64,000 nt of DNA, taken from positions 5,458,001 to 5,522,000 of the forward strand of contig NC_086109.1 of assembly GCF_963921235.1 (NCBI RefSeq), read 5' to 3'. Position 1 is the stretch's first letter, and the number at the start of each line of letters is the position of its first letter. This DNA comes from Mobula hypostoma. Taxonomy: Eukaryota. Positions 12,042-22,662 of this stretch are shown in pieces. The notes beneath the pieces were generated by a model that worked only from the letters and a program-made list of their open reading frames with translations, was not told the origin of the DNA and did not search any database. The position numbers and the translations under genes are program-made.

Positions 12042-14560
12042 TGGTGGTAAAGGAACAGCAGTTATAATGGGTGACTTCAATCTACATGTAGATTGGGTGA
12101 ACCAAATTGGTAAAGGTGCTGAGGAAGAGGATTTCTTGGAATGTATGCGGGATGGTTTTTTGAACCAACATGTCGAGGAACCAACTAGAGAGCAGGCTAT
12201 TCTGGACTGGGTTTTGAGCAATGAGGAAGGGTTAATTAGCAATCTTGTCGTGAGAGGCCCCTTGGGTAAGAGTGACCATAATATGGTGGAATTCTTCATT
12301 AAGATGGAGAGTGACATAGTTACTTCAGAAACAAAGGTTCTGAACTTAAAGAGGGGTAACTTTGAAGGTATGAGACGTGAATTAGCTAAGATAGACTGGC
12401 AAATGACACTTAAAGGATTGACGGTGGATATGCAATGGCAAGCATTTAAAGGTTGCATGGATGAACTACAACAATTGTTCATCCCAGTTTGGCAAAAGAA
12501 TAAATCAAGGAAGGTAGTGCACCCGTGGCTGACAAGAGAAATTAGGGATAGTATCAATTCCAAAGAAGAAGCATACAAATTAGCCAGAGAAAGTGGCTCA
12601 CCTGAGGACTGGGAGAAATTCAGAGTTCAGCAGAGGAGGACAAAGGGCTTAATTAGGAAGGGGAAAAAAGATTATGAGAGAAAACTGGCAGGGAACATAA
12701 AAACAGACTGTAAAAGCTTTTATAGATACGTAAAAAGGAAAAGACTGGTAAAGACAAATGTAGGTCCCCTACAGACAGAAACAGGTGAATTGATTATGGA
12801 GAGCAAGGACATGGCAGACCAATTGAATAATTACTTTGGTTCTGTCTTCACTAAGGAGGACATAAATAATCTTCCAGAAATAGTAGGGGACAGAGGGTCC
12901 AGTGAGATGGAGGAACTGAGCGAAATACATGTTAGTAGGGAAGTGGTGTTAGGTAAATTGAAGGGATTGAAGGCAGATAAATCCCCAGGGCCAGATGGTC
13001 TGCATCCTAGAGTGCTTAAGGAAGTAGCCCAAGAAATAGTGGATGCATTAGTGATAATTTTTCAAAACTCGTTAGATTCTGGACTAGTTCCTGAGGATTG
13101 GAGGGTGGCTAATGTAACTCCACTTTTTAAAAAAGGAGGGAGAGAGAAACCGGGGAATTATAGACCGGTTAGCCTAACGTCAGTGGTGGGGAAACTGCTG
13201 GAGTCAGTTATCAAGGATGTGATAACAGCACATTTGGAAAGCGGTGAAATGATCGGACAAAGTCAGCATGGATTTGTGAAAGGAAAATCATGTCTGACGA
13301 ATCTCATAGAATCTTTTGGGGATGTAACTAGTAGAGTGGATAGGGGAGAACCAGTGGATGTGGTATATTTGGATTTTCAAAAGGCTTTTGACAAGGTCCC
13401 ACACAGGAGATTAGTGTGCAAACTTAAAGCACACGGTATTGGGGGTAAGGTATTGGTGTGGGTGGAGAATTGGTTAGCAGACAGGAAGCAAAGAGTGGGA
13501 ATAAACGGGACCTTTTCAGAATGGCAGGCGGTGACTAGTGGGGTACCACAAGGCTCAGTGCTGGGACCCCAGTTGTTTACAATATATATTAATGACTTGG
13601 ATGAGGGAATTAAATGCAGTATCTCCAAGTTTGCGGATGACACGAAGCTGGGTGGCAGTGTTAGCTGTGAGGAGGATGCTAAGAGGATGCAGGGTGACTT
13701 GGATAGGTTGGGTGAGTGGGAAAATTCATGGCAGATGCAATTTAATGTGGATAAATGTAAAGTTATCCACTTTGGTGGCAAAAATAGGAAAACAGATTAT
13801 TATCTGAATGGTGGCCAATTAGGAAAAGGGGAGGTGCAACGAGACCTGGGTGTCATTATACACCAGTCATTGAAAGTGGGCATGCAGGTACAGCAAGCGG
13901 TGAAAAAGGCGAATGGTATGCTGGCATTTATAGCGAGAGGATTCGAGTACAGAAGCAGGGAGGTACTACTGCAGTTGTACAAGGCCTTGGTGAGACCACA
14001 CCTGGAGTATTGTGTGCAGTTTTGGTCCCCTAATCTGAGGAAAGACATCCTTGCCATAGAGGGAGTACAAAGAAGGTTCACCAGATTGATTCCTGGGATG
14101 GCAGGACTTTCATATGAAGAAAGACTGGATGAACTGGGCTTGTACTCGTTGGAATTTAGAAGATTGAGGGGGGATCTGATTGAAACGTATAAGATCCTAA
14201 AGGGATTGGACAGGCTAGATGCAGGAAGATTGTTCCCGATGTTGGGGAAGTCCAGAACGAGGGGCCACAGTTTGAGGATAGAAGGGAAGCCTTTTAGGAC
14301 CGAGATTAGGAAAAACGTCTTCACACAGAGAGTGGTGAATCTGTGGAATTCTCTGCCACAGGAAACAGTTGAGGCCAGTTCATTGGCTATATTTAAGAGG
14401 GAGTTAGGTATGGCCCTTGTGGCTACGGGGGTCAGGGGGTATGGAGGGAAGGCTGGGGCGGGGTTCTGAGTTGGATGATCAGCCATGATCATAATAAATG
14501 GCGGTGCAGGCTCGAAGGGCTGAATGGCCTACTCCTGCACCTATTTTCTATGTTTCTATG
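12042..14560 (+). mobile_element. Young 5'-truncated CR1 LINE with 7-bp TSD
   Basis: TSD ATGAAAC at 12035-12041 and 14558-14564, TTCTATGT tail, uninterrupted ORF. Confidence 0.97.
12067..14469 (+). CDS. CR1 ORF2 remnant, 800 aa: C-terminal part of APE endonuclease + reverse transcriptase
   Basis: Motifs GDFN, SDH, KSPGPDG, NYRPVSLTS, QHGF, YLDFQKAFD, SGVPQGSVLGP, KFADD. The N-terminal endonuclease half is missing. Confidence 0.9.
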   Translation: MGDFNLHVDWVNQIGKGAEEEDFLECMRDGFLNQHVEEPTREQAILDWVLSNEEGLISNLVVRGPLGKSDHNMVEFFIKMESDIVTSETKVLNLKRGNFEGMRRELAKIDWQMTLKGLTVDMQWQAFKGCMDELQQLFIPVWQKNKSRKVVHPWLTREIRDSINSKEEAYKLARESGSPEDWEKFRVQQRRTKGLIRKGKKDYERKLAGNIKTDCKSFYRYVKRKRLVKTNVGPLQTETGELIMESKDMADQLNNYFGSVFTKEDINNLPEIVGDRGSSEMEELSEIHVSREVVLGKLKGLKADKSPGPDGLHPRVLKEVAQEIVDALVIIFQNSLDSGLVPEDWRVANVTPLFKKGGREKPGNYRPVSLTSVVGKLLESVIKDVITAHLESGEMIGQSQHGFVKGKSCLTNLIESFGDVTSRVDRGEPVDVVYLDFQKAFDKVPHRRLVCKLKAHGIGGKVLVWVENWLADRKQRVGINGTFSEWQAVTSGVPQGSVLGPQLFTIYINDLDEGIKCSISKFADDTKLGGSVSCEEDAKRMQGDLDRLGEWENSWQMQFNVDKCKVIHFGGKNRKTDYYLNGGQLGKGEVQRDLGVIIHQSLKVGMQVQQAVKKANGMLAFIARGFEYRSREVLLQLYKALVRPHLEYCVQFWSPNLRKDILAIEGVQRRFTRLIPGMAGLSYEERLDELGLYSLEFRRLRGDLIETYKILKGLDRLDAGRLFPMLGKSRTRGHSLRIEGKPFRTEIRKNVFTQRVVNLWNSLPQETVEASSLAIFKRELGMALVATGVRGYGGKAGAGF

Positions 14561-14966
14561 AAACGTCTGCAAGCTAATTGCCAAGCTCGGTGTACACCTC
14601 AACATCAAACACTATTACAATAATTAAGGGGCCTCCTCATCCAACCCGGCCCCTCACTCTCCGGCAGCAGAAGGACCCTGCACTATTGTCCTTCCCCACC
14701 GAGCCTTGCGGTGGCCGCATGGAGCTTCAAGCCGTAGACACATACTGCTGATTGGCACCAGACCAGGCTGCCTGCATACGTGCTGAGGGATGCACTTCCC
14801 TGAACAGGTCTGCTTATCTACCTTTTGTAATTAATACAGGTCACGTAGTCGCATCTCTTATCTGCCTTCGATTTAGAACCAAAACCATTGCGTCCAGGTG
14901 AGCTGTTCCTCAGAGAGAAGACCTTTCCACCTCCAGGAACGCATTGAGCATTTTATGCACAAACAC

Positions 14967-17667
14967 GGTTTTAAATTCACCTGAAAATTTCATCAGCTCT
15001 ATATCTAAACAGACCAAAGTGATGAATTCGGAAGAATGGCTTTAAATTCACCTGAAAATCTCATCAGCTCTATCAAAGAAGGCCAGGATGATAGTGAAGG
15101 CACATCAGAAGGGCAATGTCATGATAATCTTTGGGGATTTTAACATGAAAGTGGATTGGGAAAACTAGGCCAGTACCGGACCTCAAGAGAGAGAGTTTGT
15201 TGAATACCTAAGGGATGGCTTTTTAGAACAGCTTGTTGTTGAGCCCACTAGGGGATCGGCTGTGCTGGACTGGGTGTTGTGCAATGATCCGGCTATGATA
15301 AGAGAGCTTAAGGTTAAGGAACCCTTGGGGAACAGTGATCACAATATGCTCGAGTTCACTTTGAAATTTGAGAAGGAGAAACTAAGTTCCAATGTGTTGG
15401 TATTTCAGTGGAATAAAGGAAATTACAATGGCATGAGAGGGGAACTGGCCAAGGTTGACTGGAAAGGGACACTAGCAGGAAGGACAGCAGAGCAGAAATG
15501 GCTGGAGTTTCTGCGAAAAATGAGGGAAGTGCAAGACAGATATATTCCAAATAAGAAGAAATTTTTGAATGGAAGGAGGACACTACCGTGGCTGAGAAGT
15601 GAAGTCAGAGCCAAAGTAAAAGCAAAAGAGAGGGCATACAAGGAAGCCAGAGCTAGTGGGAAGATAGAGGATTGGGGAGTTTTTAAAAACTTGCAGAAGG
15701 AAACTAAGAAGGTCATTAGGAAGGAAATGATGAATTATGAAAGGAAGCTGGCGACTAACATCAAAGAAGATACTAAAAGCTTTTTTAAGTATATAAAGGG
15801 TAAAAAAGAGTTGAGGGTAGGTATAGGACCAATAGAAAATGACACTGGAGATACTGTAATCAGAGACGCAGAGACGGCAGAGGAACTGAATATGTATTTT
15901 GGATCAGTCTTCACAGTGGAAGACATCTGCCGTACACTGGACATTCAAGAGTGTCAGGGAAGTGAAGTATGCACAGTGAAAATTATGACTGGGAAGGTGC
16001 TCAGGAAGATTAATGGTCTGAGGGTGGATAAATCTTTTGGACCGATGGAATGCACCCTTGGGTTCTGAGGGAAGTAGCTGGAGAGATTGCAGAGACATTA
16101 ACGATGATCTTTCAAGAATTGATAGATTCTGGCATTGGACTGGATGACTGGAAAATTGCAAATGTTACTTCGCTATTTAGGAAGGGTGGGAGGCAGCAGA
16201 AAGGAAACTATAGACCTGTTAGCCTGACATCAGTGGTTGGGAAGTTGTTGGAATCGATTGTTAGGGATGAGATTACGGAGTACCTGGAGGCACATGACAA
16301 GTTAGGCCAAAGTCAGCATGGTTTCCTGAAAGGAAAGTCCTGCCTGACTAACCTACTGGAACTTTTTGAGGTAGACAAAGGAGATGTAGTAGATGTGATG
16401 TACTTGGATTTTCAGAAGGCCTTTGACAAGGTGCCGCACATGAGGCTGCTTAGCAAGATAAGAGCCCATGGAATTACAGGGGAGTTACTAGTATGGGTGG
16501 AGCATTGGCTGATCGGCAGAAAACAGAGAGTGGGAATAAAGGGATCCTATTCTGGCTGGCTGCTGGTTACCAGTGGAGTTCCACAAGGGTTGGTTAGGAC
16601 AGCTGCTTTTTAGTCCCATGATTTGGACTGTGGGATTAATGGATTTGTGGCTAAATTTACCAATGATACAAAGATAGGTGGAGGAGCGGGTAGTGTTGAG
16701 GAAACAGAGCCTGCAGAAAGAGTTAGATAGTTTCAGGGATTGGGCAAAGAAGCAGCAAATGGAATACAATGTTAGAAAGTGTATAGTCATGCACTTTGGT
16801 GGAAGAAATAAACAGACAGACTATAATTTAGATGGGGAGAGAATTCAAAATGCAGAGATGCAAAGGGACTTGGGAGTCTTTGTGCAGGATACCCTAAAGG
16901 TTAACCTCCAGGTTGAGTCAGTTGTGAAGAATGTGAATGCAATGTTGGCATTCATTTCTGGAGGTACAGAATATAAGAGCAAGGATGTGACGTTGAGGCT
17001 CTATAATGCACTTGTGAGGCCACTTGGAGTATTATGTGCAGTTTTGGGCTCCTTATTTTAGAAAGGATACACTTACACTGGAGAGGGTTCAGAGAAGATT
17101 CATGAGAATGATTCCAGGAACGAAAGGGTTACCGTATGAGGAACGTCTGGCAACTCTTGGGCTTTATTCCCTGGAGTTCAGGAGAATGAAGGGGGAATCT
17201 CATAGAAACATTCCAAATGTTAAAAGGCCTGAACAGATTAGATGTGACAAAGTTATTTCCCATGTTAAGGGAGTCTAGGACAAGAGGGTGCAACTTCAGG
17301 ATTGAAGGACGTCCATTTAGAACAGAGATGTGGGGAAATTACTTTAGTCAGAGGGTGGTAAATCCGTGGAATTTGTTGCCACAAGCAGCTGTGGATGCCA
17401 AATCATTGGGTGCATTTAAGGCAGAATTAGATAGGTTCTTGATTAACCAGGGCATCAAAGGGTATGGGGAGAAGGCAGGGGAGTGGGGATGACTGGAAGA
17501 ATTAGATAAGCCCAGGATTGAATGGTGGAGCAGACTCGATGGGCTGAATGGCCTACTTCTGCTCCTGTATCTTATGGTCTTATGGTCTTATGATGAATTC
17601 TGAAAAATGGTTTTAATTTCAGCTGAAAATCTCATCAGTTCTAGCTAAGCAGACCAGGGTGATGAAT
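14967..17667. repeat. Three-copy ~70-bp tandem repeat split by a CR1 insertion
   Basis: Unit GGTTTTAAATTCACCTGAAAATYTCATCAGCTCTA...GATGAATTC at 14967, 15038 (continuing at 17590) and 17609. Confidence 0.8.
15093..17592 (+). mobile_element. CR1 LINE, second family, 5'-truncated and frameshifted
   Basis: ORF pieces 15262-16068, 16050-16613, 16678-17061, 17024-17278 and 17217-17492 carry EN/RT motifs. TCTTATGG tail, TSD ATGAT. Confidence 0.95.
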
Positions 17668-18448
17668 ACAAAATTAATTTTGGTGTCACTCATTCCATGT
17701 TCTCTCAGAGTGATTAGTTATGGCTGTCATTTGGCTGGTAACTTAGAAAACGTTCTAGTGATCTGAAGACACAAGCTGATCCTTGACTCAGCCATTGGTC
17801 ATTAAAAAAATCTTTTATGAAATAAATATGCAATTTAAAAATTCCTCTGTCCATAATGGTGACAGTGAAATTATGGAATTAGCTGAAAAACAAGCAAGTA
17901 GTGGAAATTAAAACTAACGAAGAGCCTTTCATAAGACCTTAAGACATAGGAGCAGAATTAGGCCATTTGGCCCATTGAGTCTGCTCCACCATTCCATCAT
18001 CATCCTTATTATGTGTAATGTTGCCATTCGATCATGGCCGATTTATTATCCCTCTCAACCCCATTCTCCTGCCTTCTCCCTGTAACCTTTGATGCCCTGA
18101 ACAATCAAGAAGCTATCAACTTCCACTTTAAGTATACCCAATGACTTGACCTCCACAGCAGTCTGTGGCAATGAATTCCCCAGATTCATCACCCTCTGGC
18201 TAAACAAATCCTCCTTGTCTCTGCTCTAAATGGACATCCCTCTATTCTGAGGCAGTGTCCTCTAGTCCTGGATCTACCTACTATTAGAAACATCCTCTCC
18301 ATGTCCACTCTCTCTAGGCCTTTCAATATTCGATAGGTTTCAATTAGATCTCGCCCCCCCCCCGCCACCATTCTTCTAAAATCCAGTGAGTACAGGGCCA
18401 GGGCAGTTGTGTTCATTAATGAGGGAGAGAGCAGAGCACACACCAGCA

Positions 18449-18740
18449 CAGAAGTGGTTTGCCATCGCCTTCTTCTGGGCAGTCTCTTTACAAGACGGGT
18501 GACCCCAGCCATTATCAATACTCTTCAGAGATTGTCTGCCTGGTGTCAGTGGTCACGTAACCAGGACTTGTGATCTGCACCAGCTGCTCATACGACCATC
18601 CACCACCTGCTCCCACGGCTTCACGTGACCCTGATCAGGACGCTAAGGAGGTGCTACACCTTGCCCAAGGATGACCTGCAGGCTAACGGAGGGAAGGAGC
18701 ACCTTACACCTCCTTTGGTAGAGACGTATCTCCATCCCAC
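18449..18740 (-). mobile_element. SINE-like element with RTE/BovB-like tail
   Basis: The reverse complement carries GGCGATGGCAAACCACTTCTG. Same family as 32073, 34615, 37865 and 51355. Confidence 0.7.
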
Positions 18741-18859
18741 CATCCAAATCTATAATATAATCCCGTTGTTGTTTTCCCTTGTCCTACCTCAATCCAGTGT
18801 TGCTCTGAAAGGATCTGTCAGGATGGCCAAGGTTTTTAATGTCTATTTTCTCCTTGGTG

Positions 18860-20630
18860 TTTACTGGAGAGACTAACATCAATGCCAAAGAAATAAGGGG
18901 AATGGGTAGTGAGGTCGTGGAACATGTGCATATTGAGAAGAACGAGTATTTGGACCCTTGAAGTGCATTAAGGTGAACAAATACCCGGGGTCTGACCGAG
19001 TAGAATCCCAACTTTCCGGAGGCCTGGGAAGAAACCATGGAGGCCCTTGTAGAGATATTTACTTCGCTGTTGGCCTCTGTCAAAATTCCAGATGACTGAA
19101 GGGTGGCTAATGTTGTTCCATTATTCAGTAAGGGTAGCAAGGACAGGCCACTTGTAGGGAAGTTATGGGAGGGAATTCTAAGGGTCGAGATCAATCTTCA
19201 ATTGGATACTAAAGGCCTGATCAGGAATAGTCGGCATGCTTTAGTGTGAAGGAGGCCATAACTTTGGAGTTTTTGAAGAGGTGACTAAAGGGTTACCTTT
19301 AGGTAGAGCAGGAGGTGTTACCCATATGGACTTTGACAAGGTCCTGCATGGGAGACTGATCAGGAAGCTTCGATTGCATGGGCTCAGGGCGAACTAACGA
19401 GGTAGATTCAGATTTGGCTCGATGATAGGAAGCAAAGGGTAATGGTTGAAGGGTGATACTCTGACTGGAGGCCTGTGACTAGTGCGGTGACCCAGGGGCC
19501 AGGGGACCTCTGTTATTATTTATGTAAATGATTTGGATGTGAATACACCTGGAAAGATCAGTGCGTTTGCCGATGATACTCAACCAGAGGGCACAGATAC
19601 TAGATAAGGGATGAGAGATTTTAGAGACCCTAGTGGCAATGTTCACTCTAAGGTGTGCATGCACACACATCTTTAGCTATTGAGCACAAGGGAATTTAAA
19701 CTGTGCACAAAAGGTTGTCACCTTCTACCTCGTTGGCATGTTTAGTATATTTCACGATCATACATGATCCCATTTCCTTTTCCGGTATCTGATGCGGACA
19801 GTGCTGACAACGTGGAGTTTGTGATGATTTATCTGCAGATTTTAGAACTGGTGTATTTATACTGACTTTATTGAAAATATTATTGAATCACCACCTCAAA
19901 TTCCAAAGAAGCAAAGGGTGTGAAGTGCAAAAAACTGCCAGTTCATTTAAAGCGGAATGACTCAATGAGACGCTACACTGAAAGTTCATGAGGTCAGGAA
20001 CATGCAGCTGTGAGAAATATTTCTGTACAAAACAGAAACTGGTGCTACCCTCATGGATTGTCGTGATGCAAAAGTTGCTGGAGAATTTGCCAGCGGGAAG
20101 AAGTGGAGTGATATTTGGAAACTTGACATCTTAAGGCATCATTTAGCAAGCAAATCACATACGGACGGTGTGCAAAAGCTCCAGCTACAGGCCTGCTGCG
20201 TATGTTTTGTGAGAGTGCAGATGAACGAGGGCGAAAACAATCAAACTCAGAGGAGATCAACGTTTTTATTAGCTAGCTATTAAAATGAATACATCTATAT
20301 ATAAAATATATATATATATGAATACATCTATATATAAAATTCAGTGCACATATATTGCTGTCTCTGGGCAAAAAATTTCACAGCTCAAGATTTTTGCACA
20401 CACTGGTCATTACAAATTATAGAGGGAACATTACCAAGAGGAAACTTCTTTGCACAGAGGGTAGTGAGTACCCAGAATGAGGAGCCAGAGGAAGTGGGTA
20501 CAATTGCAACATTGAAGAGTCATTTGGATAGGTACATGGAGGAGAGGGGCTTGGTGGGCGATGGGCCAAATATGGGCAACCTGGATTAGCAGGGAGGAGT
20601 TGGGCCAAAGGGCTGTAATACTCTGTGACT
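18860..20630 (+). mobile_element. Old degraded CR1 LINE interrupted by a hAT element
   Basis: DNA resembling CR1 RT (GACTGAAGGGTGGCTAATGTTGTTCC, CTTTGACAAGGTCC) resumes after 20441 with a CR1-like 3' end. Confidence 0.65.
19637..20433 (+). mobile_element. Non-autonomous hAT (Tip100-like) DNA transposon with transposase Zn-finger remnant
   Basis: TIRs CAATGTTCACTCTAA / TATAGAGGGAACATT, degraded 8-bp TSD CCTAGTGG/CCAAGAGG. ORF 20053-20283 has C...F.SG..W...WK...L.HH..S.SH. Confidence 0.7.
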
Positions 20631-20660
20631 CGTCCAAAATAATGCTTTACACTGTAGCGA

Positions 20661-21214
20661 CAGAACTGCAAAAAGTCTTAGACACACATATATATAGATA
20701 GCGTGCCTAAGACTTTTGCACAGTTCTGTATTTGTCAACGTGGAGCAGAGAATGAGTTTGTAAATCTGGCGGGAGCAAAGGGTGTTGGGAATGGCAAGGG
20801 TGGAACGCCATGGGAGGGGTGTGGGACAGGTAGCAGAGAAGTGCCGGGGGCAGGGGTGGCACAGGTGCAGACACACCCAGCCCTGAGACACCGGGCAAGG
20901 TCATTTGATTCCAAACAATTAGTGTATTGATCATTACAGAATGTCTCTCTGGTGCTTCCTGCTCCCTCCCCTCTCTCTTCCCCTTTTCTCAACCACGATT
21001 CCCCTCTCTCTGCCCCCTTCCCACTCTCAGTCCTCAATAGAGACCCAGATCAGAATCAGGTTTATCATCACCCACTTATGTTGTGAAATTTGGGTTTTTT
21101 TGGGGGGCAGCAGTACAGTGTAAATCATAAAATGACAACAGGACTGTGCAAAAGTCTTAGGCACGTATATACAGTATATATAGTTTGGGTACCCAAGGCG
21201 TTTGCACATTACTG
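20661..21214 (-). mobile_element. Composite Tc1-mini-MITE element (copy 3, most complete)
   Basis: Palindromic mini-MITEs at 20661-20728 and 21139-21214 bracket the body and LINE-like tail. Confidence 0.75.
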
Positions 21215-22536
21215 CAGATGCGGCAATAGAAAGAGTAGGCTTATTCGCCACATGTACATTGAAACATTGCAACACACAGTGAAATGGATCATTTTGTGTC
21301 AACGACCAACACAATCTGAGGATGTGGTGAGGGCAGCCCGCAAGAGTCGCCACGTTTCCAACACTGACACAGCATGCCCACAACTTACTAACCCTAGCCC
21401 GTAGGTCCTCGGAATGCAGGAGGAAACCAGAGCTCCCGGAGGAAACCCACACAGCCACGGGAGAATGTACAAATTCCTCACAGAGAGCAACAGAAGATGA
21501 ACCCCAGTCAGTGACCTCTGGTGCGGTGAAGTGTTACGCTTTTGTGTAGATAAACCCATCCCAATTTATATTAGATTTCCAGCATTGATGTTAATTTCTT
21601 TTATCTTTTCCCCTAACAAAGCCATATTGCATACAGTACTTTAATGGTGTCCATACCCTGTGTATGCAGGTACGCCCAATAACTTAACATCCTACCACCC
21701 AGCTTCACCTATCACCTTCCAGCTAGTCCTCCTCCCCCCTCTCTGGAGTCTTCCTGCTTCCTTTCCAGTCCTAAAGGGTCTCGACTCAGAACGTCGACTG
21801 TTTATTCCTTTCCATAGGTGCAGCCTGACCTGCTGAGTTCCTCCAGCATTTTGTGTGTGTTGTGTCGCTCTGCATTTCCAGCATCTGCAGACTTTCTCCG
21901 GTTTTTGACTAATCCCTGCCCTGGGAGGGTGGACAGACGTCAGGCGCTCACTGTTCACGGCAGGAACCGCTCCGGAATCTGGAGTATTCTCGGAGATGAT
22001 CACGCTGAGCCACTTCGCTCAGAACTCTGGAATGTAGACGATCAGGTCCCCGGCTGGTTTTCCCAGCGCTCTCCGGTGTCGGCTGCGAGGGGGCAGTGCA
22101 GATACTGTACCGTGCAGCTCAGAGGCGAGTGGCGTCGTCAGAGAGGCAGGCACGGGGACACGCGAGTTTAGAGAGGGCGCAGGAACAAGGTAGTTTTCAG
22201 GGAGGGGAAGGGAAAGGTAGTTGAAAGAGAGGGGAGGCTGAGTTTAGAGAGGGAAACAGTCACGGAGAGCGAGTTTAAAAGGGAGGGGAAGAAAGAGTGA
22301 AGGAGATTGCCGGAGATTTCAGAGGGGAGAGACTGAGTTTGGGAGGGGGGGAGAGCGAATAGAGGGGCGGTTTAAGGAGAGGGAGACGGCTTAGGGAGAG
22401 AGTGTGTTTACAGAGAGCTGAGTTGGCGTGAGGAGGGAAAGTGACCGACTGACGGGCAGGCGAGGTGCGCTGCAGGTGCGGAGGGACTGGTTCGCGTCCG
22501 GCTCCGGCTCTGGTTCTGGTTCTGGTTCTGGAAGCG

Positions 22537-22566
22537 ATGCGCTGCAGCGCGGACGTGCGGCGATGA
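22537..22566 (+). promoter_or_regulatory. 9-aa uORF (MRCSADVRR*) whose TGA overlaps the main ATG
   Basis: ATG at 22537 and TGA at 22564-22566 within ATGA; main ATG at 22563. Confidence 0.55.
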
Positions 22567-22662
22567 GAAAGTCGGGGCCGGGAGAGACCCTGAGCCGGCT
22601 GTTGCGGAGGCGGAGCTCGCCCTCGCTGTACACGGTGGCCCCGGTGTCGGACCGGGAACCTG
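22563..22662 (+). CDS. Coding exon 1 of unidentified host gene (MRKSGPGETLSRLLRRRSSPSLYTVAPVSDREP, ends phase 1)
   Basis: ATG in CpG island with G at -3, consensus donor CTG|GTGAGT, phase matches exon 2. Confidence 0.75.

Noticed and set aside
12067..14469. Novel RT system (retron/DGR-like) or autonomous element
   Set aside because: Standard CR1 ORF2 motifs with tail and TSD. It lacks ORF1 and half the endonuclease, so it is not autonomous.
22428..22562. In-frame N-terminal extension with GSGSGS repeat
   Set aside because: No in-frame ATG after the upstream stop at 22419. It needs a non-AUG start, and the GS run is just a GGTTCT microsatellite.
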